Assembly: GCA_035276685.1 (NCBI GenBank)
Contig: DATELK010000065.1
Location: 10,387 to 74,386 of the forward strand
Source of the DNA: Pyrinomonadaceae bacterium
Lineage (GTDB): Bacteria; Acidobacteriota; Blastocatellia; Pyrinomonadales; Pyrinomonadaceae
Reading direction: 5' to 3'
Length of the DNA stretch: 64,000 bases
In this document: positions 1-7,600 of the stretch, one piece after another
How positions within the stretch are numbered: position 1 is the stretch's first letter
Layout: each line of letters opens with the position of its first letter
Made by a program: the position numbers and the translations under genes
Notes under the pieces: model-generated
The model's database searches: none
Told to the model about the DNA's origin: nothing
What the model saw: only the letters and a program-made list of their open reading frames with translations

Positions 1-717
1 GAAGGGCCACTGCGCGCCGTGAACCGCGAGCGTCATCTTCAGCATTCGCTCGGAGTTGCTCGACATGTTAGAGCCGTGCGCGCGGTACTCGGCCACCATC
101 ACGCCGTGACAGTAGACAGGATGCGCGCGGCTGATACGCAGGTAAAGGTCGTAGTCTTCGGAAGATTTAAGCGAGGTGTCGAACTCTCCCACCGCGTCGA
201 AAACCGTGCGGCGGTACATGACAGAGGCGGGCACGGTTATGTAGTTGTTCTCAAGTAGAGCGGCGTAGTGCTCCGTCTTAACGTGCGGCTGCGCGTTGGT
301 CTCCTGCGGCACGCCCTCGGCGTTGATGAGCCTGTAGTGGCCCGACACGAAAGCGCACTCGGGATTTTCTTCCAGATACTTGAGGCCCGTAGAGAGAGCT
401 TCTGGAAGCAGCCTGTCGTCGGAATCCAGAAAGACCAGATAACGCCCACGGCTCTCCCTTAGCCCGGTGTTGCGCGCTCCCGGCAGTCCCTTATTCTCCT
501 GCCGTATGCAGCGCGCCTCTTTGTAGCGCGCCGCGACCTCCGAAGTGTTATCGGTAGAGCCGTCGTCAACGACGATTATCTCGAAGTGTGTATAGCTCTG
601 ATTAAGCACGCTCTCCACGGCTTCGCTCAGAAAGTGCGCCTGGTTGTAGCAGGGGATGATGACGGAGACGAGCGGCGCTTCAGTCGGTTGGGATTCGTTT
701 CGTTCTGCTCTTTGCAT
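1..717 (-). CDS. Glycosyltransferase family 2 (partial; C-terminus runs off the left window edge)
   Basis: Absent from the ORF track because there is no stop inside the window. Hand translation from ATG at 717..715 gives MQRAERNESQPTEAPLVSVIIPCYNQAHFLSEAVESVLNQSYTHFEIIVVDDGSTDNT...FLDSDD...SEDYDLYLRI...AQWPF. It has the GT-A N-terminal motif plus DxD and is open to position 1. Clear paralogue of 725..1684. Confidence 0.85.
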   Translation of the reverse strand, partial: MQRAERNESQPTEAPLVSVIIPCYNQAHFLSEAVESVLNQSYTHFEIIVVDDGSTDNTSEVAARYKEARCIRQENKGLPGARNTGLRESRGRYLVFLDSDDRLLPEALSTGLKYLEENPECAFVSGHYRLINAEGVPQETNAQPHVKTEHYAALLENNYITVPASVMYRRTVFDAVGEFDTSLKSSEDYDLYLRISRAHPVYCHGVMVAEYRAHGSNMSSNSERMLKMTLAVHGAQWPF

Positions 718-724
718 CGGCGGC

Positions 725-1684
725 TCAGGCTTTGACCCTGAAGATAAGACAGTACAACTTTCTGTAGGCTTGTGTGAAGAACTCTTTTGGGTGATACCTT
801 AAAAGCACCTTTATGCTGTGGGCGGCCTGGCCCCACTCAGCTCTCTTTCGCACCTGAGAGCGAACCTTTTCGACCAGATGGCTGCCGTAGAACTCCTTCC
901 ACTTGCGCCGCCCTTCCCTGTAAGCCTGCTCGCGCTCATGGTCGCCTTTGACGAAGGGCCACTGCGCGCGGTGGACTGTGAGCGTGGACTTCAACATGGT
1001 GGCGGCGTTGCTCGAAAGGCTTGAGCCGTGCTCGCGGTAGACCACCACGGCGTGCTGGTGGCAATGAACGGGCGACTCTCTGGCTATGCGAAGATAAAGG
1101 TCGTAGTCCTCCGAGCCCTTCATCTCCATAGCGATGTTGAAGCCGCCCGCGCTTTCAAGCACTGCGCGGCGGAACATCACGACGCCCGGCGTCCAGATGT
1201 AGTTCTGGCGCAGCAGCGCAAGGTAATGCTCCTTCTCTACGCAAGGGAGTTGTTTGACCGGCAGGGGCTCGCCCTCAGGGCCCATGGCCCGGCAGTGGCC
1301 CGAGACGAAGGCGTATTCTGGATGAGCTTCGAGAAGCCGCACGCCTATCTCAAGCGCGTCGGGCAGCAGGTGGTCGTCCGCATCAAGAAAGACTACGTAA
1401 CGCCCGGAGCTTTCCCTCAGCCCGCGGTTGCGCCCCACGGCTGGCCGCCCCTGATTCTCCTGGCTGAGCAGCTTAACTTCCTTGTAACCGCGCGCTACAT
1501 CCCCCGTGTTGTCCGTGGAGCCGTCGTCAACGACGATTATCTCGAAGTGAGGATAGCTCTGATTAAGCACGCTCTCTATGGCTTCGCTCAGGTAGTGGCC
1601 CTGGTTATAGCAGGGGATGATGACAGAGACGAGCGGCGAGTCTCGCCCAAAGGTCTCTCTACTGTTCACCCGGCTTAAGTCCAT
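725..1684 (-). CDS. Glycosyltransferase family 2
   Basis: 319-aa ORF with VSVIIPCYNQGHYLSEAIESVLNQSYPHFEIIVVDDGSTDNT, FLDADD (DxD) and SEDYDLYLRI. Starts 12 nt downstream of the giant gene on the same strand. Confidence 0.9.
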   Translation of the reverse strand: MDLSRVNSRETFGRDSPLVSVIIPCYNQGHYLSEAIESVLNQSYPHFEIIVVDDGSTDNTGDVARGYKEVKLLSQENQGRPAVGRNRGLRESSGRYVVFLDADDHLLPDALEIGVRLLEAHPEYAFVSGHCRAMGPEGEPLPVKQLPCVEKEHYLALLRQNYIWTPGVVMFRRAVLESAGGFNIAMEMKGSEDYDLYLRIARESPVHCHQHAVVVYREHGSSLSSNAATMLKSTLTVHRAQWPFVKGDHEREQAYREGRRKWKEFYGSHLVEKVRSQVRKRAEWGQAAHSIKVLLRYHPKEFFTQAYRKLYCLIFRVKA

Positions 1685-1696
1685 GCCTCGCTTGCT

Positions 1697-4600
1697 TCAG
1701 GGCCATTGTCTGAGCGTGGCCGGAAAGAGCCTCATGCTTCTGTCCCACGCCACGGCGCTCATAGACTTCATCAGCTCATTCTCAAAGAGAAGGGGAAGCT
1801 CCGGCCTGCTCTCGTCAAAGCCCAAGGCAAGCATCGTCCCGTCGCTGAAAGTCATGTTGCTTGCGATGACACTCTCGGCAGGGCCGTTGCCGGAAGGAGT
1901 GAAGCTGGCCGAAGTGGTCAACAGCAGCCGGTCGAGCCGCATCCCGTCCTCTCTCATCCAGACGTTCAGCGTGTAGACGCCCGCGCTAGGGATGTTAATC
2001 GTAGCCACCTGCGACCCGTCCATGGTGCTCTTAGTCCATACCCAAGCCCCGGACGTGGGACTGAAGGTCATGCGGTCTGCCGTTGTGAGCGCCTGTCCGT
2101 TCAGTCCTATGTGGACGGCGTTGTCCTGCTGGCTGTTGGCCGAAGCCCTGAGCCAGACATGATACGTGCCGGGCGTGGTGAACTTGATGCGGTACTGTAG
2201 CTCGGGCGTGGTAGTGGTGTAGCCCGTGTCCACCTGCGCGCCCGTGTTCGGGTTGGAAATCATAGCGCCCGTTCCGACGAAGCCTGTGAACGAGGTGGTC
2301 AAGTCCCATGACTTTCCGGCGCGCGCAATCTTCTGAGTATACTTTTCAGCCTCCATCACCACCTGCCCGCCCTGCTCTATAAACGCGGGAGAAGGAGTGG
2401 GCGTAGGTGTTGGCGTTGGAGTGGGTGTCGGAGTTGGGGTTGGAGTTGGAGTTGGAGTTGGCGTAGGCGATGGCGTGCCGCCTCCAATCACCTCTATGGC
2501 GCTGACCTTGGCATTATCAACACTTGCAGCAAAGCTTATGTCCAACACTCCGTCACTGACTGTCACCGGTACCTGCTCGACTATTGCCCTCAGCGCTCCT
2601 CCTGCCCTCTGATAGATGTCATAGTTGGACAGCACTACGCTGTTCTCTATGCTCACATCAAACACACGCGAGCCTGCTCCTCCTCCGTTTCCTCCTACCC
2701 CGTGCCATATCTCCGCAAAGTGCAGCCTCACCGTGTATGTCCCGTTCTGCACTGGGATGGAGTACTTCAGAGCAGGCGTGCCCTGTGCCCCTCCGTATCT
2801 CTCTGTCTGATACAGTGCATCATCCACAGTGTTCTGTATGTCTGTTGATGAAGAGATGGAGAAGGTGGAGCCGTTCTGGAAATAGGTGTCTGCTTTCCAT
2901 TGCTGCCCTTGTGAATCTGTGTATGCCGGGCCTCCCGCGTTCACACGCTCTACAGCTACCTGCGACGCGCCCGGAGTGGCCGACGCCTGATTCGACGCTG
3001 CCGATTCTCCGCTTGCCCCGCCAACAGCCGTCACCACGTAGAAATAGGTAGTCCCGTTCGCTACGGTCGTATCAGTAAAGCTAGTGCCGGCGACGGCGTT
3101 GCCGCCGTTAAGCCTGTTGGCAGCCGTAAGCTGTACGGGGCTCGTGGTGCTTCTGTAAATCCTGTAGCCGCTGCTCCCGCTCACCACGTTCCAGCTTAAA
3201 GCGACCTGCGCGTTTCCGGCCTGGGCCGTGAGGCCCGTCGGCGCTGGCAGGTTGGCGCTGACGTTCCGGTCTATGCGGAAGTAGTCGTAGACGAAGGACA
3301 ACGGCGCGGCGCTGCCGTTGCTGACCATGAGGCCCGCGAGCGAGTTGTTCTGCGCAGGCACTACGTTGTTAGCAAACCAAGAGGACGGCACGACGACAGG
3401 CGAGCCCAGTTGCACAGGATTAGCCGTCTGCTCTAAGCCATAGAAGGCCGTCACGGTTCCCGCCGCCGGATTGCCTACCAGATAAATATCAAGGTCTGTG
3501 ATGTCTATGGTGCCTAGGTTAACAGCGCTCTGCTCTATGAAGCTTCCGCCCTGCTCAAGTCCAAGCTGAAGGATTTGGTTGCCGCCCGCGCTTCCCACCA
3601 GAGCAAGCCGTATGAAGTTATCCTGATTGGGCCCGAAGAAGATTCCGGCGACGTGACCGTTCGCGGGCGTGACGCCGGTGCTGAAGGGCTGCACGATGCG
3701 GCTCCAGATGCGGAAGGCCTGCGTGGAGTCGAAGCCTACCTGTAGCGCGTTGACCTGACTGTTGGCTGAGCCTTCGGCCGTGCCGCTAAAGGTCTGAAGC
3801 GACATGAAGCCTCCGGCAGCGCCCACTCTTATGCTCGTAGGATTAGTGTCCGTGCGGTTGCCGTTTGTTGCTATCTGCGTGCCTGTAAAGCCTGTGAGCG
3901 CGATTTTACCTAGCGAGGGGTCGCCCGGATTCCACTCGAAGGCCAGAGGCACAGTAGTATTCGCGCCGTTCTGAGCATCGAAGAAGAGCTGATCTTGAGT
4001 GTCGAGTATGCCGTCGTTGTCGTCGTCCGTGTCCGTCAGGTCGCCTATGAAATCAAGGTCGAAGTCGGGCGGTCGGCTCGCGGCGCTGCACGGGTCTGTG
4101 GCGTGAACAGCCTCGTCCGTGTCCGTGTAGCCGTCGCCGTCATCATCCGTTTTGGAGGGGTCAGGACACATAGCGCCCTCGTTCGGAATCATGATGGTAA
4201 TCTGGCTCGTCCCGTGCTCGGCTATGTAGATGATGCCGGAAGCATCGGTCGTGACATCGAGCGGATTGCCGAAGCCGCCAAGGTTGCGCTCGACGGCCGT
4301 CGTGCCCGTCTCGCCCAGTATCACGCGGCGCACGTTCTTGTTGCCCGCGTAAGTGGCGCTAATCAGGTTGCCCTTCATCTGCCCGCCGAAGACGTTGGCC
4401 GTGTACTCGACTATGCCGTTGGTGCTCGCGCCGTTGTCGTAAGTCGTCAGAGGCGCGAGGTAGTTCGTGAGCGGAACAAGGTCGGGCTCGTAGCTCTTGC
4501 CGTCATTCAGGACGCACTGGCCGCGCGCGGGGTTCGGGTGCCCGCCGTAAGAGCCCTGCGTTACTATGTGGAAAGTGTCCGGCAGAGAGTTGGGATTAAT

Positions 4601-7600
4601 CGAAGGCGTAGAGCAGCCGTCGCTGGTCGAAGGCGTGTTGCCCAGAGCATCGTTGCCCGCGTTGTCGTTCAGATAAAGGTTGCCGTTAGAGTGCCAGACG
4701 AGGTCGTAAGCGTTGCGGAAGCCCGTCGCGTAAAGCTCGAACTTGCCCTGTAGCGGCGACATGTCCGAAGCCGTCTTCACGTTCTGCACGTTGAGCGTCG
4801 TCGTCCCTATCACCGCGAGGTTCAGTCGCACCACCGCCGCCGACAGGTAGTACTCATCAAGGTTGCTGAAGAAGGGACTCTTCTGCCCGTAGTTCGTGTT
4901 GCCTCCGGTTGCAAGGTAGAGCCAGCCGTCCGGGCCGAAGCTCATGCCGTTGACCGAATGGTTCTCTCTTGAGCGCGGAAGGCCTGTGACGATGTCCTGA
5001 TTGCCCGTCACGCTGAAGTCGTTCGGGTCTGAGGTGGAGTTGTTGGGCTGAAGCGTGAGCTTCGTGACAGTGCCCGAATAGGTGTCAATCGAAAGACCTA
5101 TGCTGTCCGTGTTCTGGCCTATGCGCGGGTCGCTGTTGCTCACGTACAGGACTACGTTCGCGGCCGTGCTCTCCGGCGCAATCACAAGTCCCGTGACCTG
5201 CCTTCCCGTCGGCGTGCCCGAAAGGAACTGGCAGTTCGTCAACTGGCCGTTGATGTTGCAGGTGCGCGTGGGCTTGCTGGCTATCTGGTTAAGAGTCTGA
5301 ACGCCCGTGACGGCAAGCTGCCCTGTTTGAGCGAGCTTCGCCTGGTCGAGCGTCACTATGTAAATTTGCCCTAGCTGCGTCGCGATGTAGAGACGCTTGT
5401 CCGGCCCTATGGCTATGCTGGTCGGATTGGCGAAGCCGTTGATGCCGAAGACCGAGCCGGAAGTCGTGCCGCTCTTGATGATGGTCTTGTTGATAAAGCT
5501 TATGACGGGAGGCGCTGGCGAAGCCGCGACAGCCGCGCCAAGCTCGAACTCGTCAAAGACCGTGTTGAAGGAGGACGCGGGGCCCGAGTCGGTCGTAAGC
5601 AGCCCGCCGTAAAGCTGGCTGTTCGACGTGCTCCAACCCGGCGCGCTCGCGGTCGTGCCCACGGAGTTGGTCGCGCCGAAGGTGGGCGAAGACGTAAGGC
5701 TCGTCACCTTGCGATAGAGAGCTTCTATGGTGCCGTCGCTCTTACGCACGAGCCAGAGGTCTAAGGCTTCCGTGTTGCTGTCAAGCTCCGTCAAATCAAA
5801 GGGCACGTCCGCGACGACGTTCGTGAATACGCCGCCCGTCTCAAGGCCGAACTGCAAGCGGCCCGCGCCGTTCGCGTACCCCACGACGAGCTTCGCGTAG
5901 TTGTCGCTGTTGAGAGCGAGCGCCACGCCCGCCGATTGAAAATTGGCCGAAGGGATAAACGGCCCCTTGATGCGAGCGCGCACGGAGTAGCTCGCGCTGT
6001 TGTTAATCTTGAGGGCGAGCGCGTTGGCCTGCCCCGTCATGTTCTGGAAGATGTCGCCGTCCGTGCTGGTGACCGTCAACTGGCTGTTGAAGCCGCTCAA
6101 AGTCAGGCCCGTGCTGGCCGCGTCCGGCTGTGCCGTGCCGGGCATGAAGCAGTTAAAGCCGCTTCCCGCGTAAGTGTCCGCGACGGCTCCGCTGAAGTTC
6201 AGGAGCGTAGGATTCGGTGCCGTGTTACAGGCGGGCAGAGCGCCCGAAGCCTTCGCGCTCACGGGCGCTGTGGGAGCCGACGCGCCCGCGTTGTTAACAG
6301 CCGTCACCAAGTAGAAATAGGTGGCGCTCTGTGAAGCGTTCGTGTCTACGAAGGCGGAAGAGGTGAGCGGCGTCGTGCCGTTATAAGGCGTGCCGCTAGT
6401 GCTCACCGCGCTCGTGGTGCCGCGATAGACGTTATAGCCCGTGGCGTTCGACACGTCGTCCCAGTCGAGACTGATGTTGCCGAAACCGGGCGTGGCCGTC
6501 AGGCCCGTGGGCGTGGGCGGCGGCGTGTTGGCCCCGGAGCGTGCGCTCTCAGCAGGGCCGTTGCCCGTAGGCGTAAAGCCCGCCGAAGTCGTCAAGAGCA
6601 GCCGGTCAATACGCATCCCGTCTTCTCTCATCCAGACGTTGACGGTATGCACGCCTGCCGTCGTCACGTTGAGAGTCGCGACGGGGCCGTCCGAGGTGCT
6701 GTTGGTCCAGAGGAAAGTGCCTAGCGTGCCCAGCGTCATGCGGTCTGCGCTCGCAACCGCCTGACCGTCGAGTCCCGCGTGGACAGAATTATCCTGCAAG
6801 CTGTCGGCTTCGGCCCTCAGCCATAGATAGTAGGTTCCGGTGGCGGAGAAGTTGACCTTGTACTGTAGCTCAGGCGTGGTCGTAGTGTAGTTTGTATCAA
6901 CCTGATTGCCGTTGTTCGGAGACGAAAGCATCGCTCCCGTGCCCGTGTATCCTGCTTTGTCCGTGACCTTCGTCCACGATTGCCCGCCGCGCGAAATCTG
7001 CTGGTCGTAGTTCTCTGCCTCCATCACGACCTGCCCGCCCTGCTCTATGAAAGCGCCGCTGCCGGGCGTAGGCGTCGGTGTAGGAGTCGGCGTCGGCTGC
7101 GGGTTAAAGTTCGGGTCGTACTCAATGACTATGACGGATGAAGTGAGGCTCGTCCTCCCGCTTGAATCCTTTGTGACGGCTACTATGTGATTGATGCCGC
7201 CCGTGGTGTCCGAGCGCGTGAGCGTGACGGGGATGTCAACGAAGCCCGCAGAGCCCACGGTCGCAGTCTGCTCTGAGACACCTATGGCCTTGTTGGCGTA
7301 GAAGGGCGGCAGGCCCGCGCCGTTGCCGGAGCCCGCGTCGGTGTAAAGCCCGCCTTCCAGCACCATGAGCTGCACGGTCGAGCCTGCCGTGCCGAAGACG
7401 CGCACGGTCTGATTGGCGGTCGTGACTGTGGCGGGCGCGTTCGGAACGTTCAGCACGGAGACCGCGGGCTGCGCTGGCCTGTAAGCCTTGCCCGTGTTCT
7501 GCGACTGGCTGAGGCTCGCGGGGATGCGGTAGGTGTCCATGACGCGCACTTCGCCGTTACTGAACTCAACCGTCACGCGCGCTCCTACAAGCTCAAGCCC

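Noticed and set aside
2397-2612. ORF starting MGVGVGVGVGVGV...
   Set aside because: It is the reverse-complement reading of the (Pro-Thr)n linker codons of the giant protein and is not an independent gene.
3995-4753. 252-aa plus-strand ORF (and several others between 1706 and 9308) inside the giant gene
   Set aside because: These are antisense shadow ORFs, Arg/Val/Ala-rich. The minus-strand frame carries clear domain signatures along its whole length.
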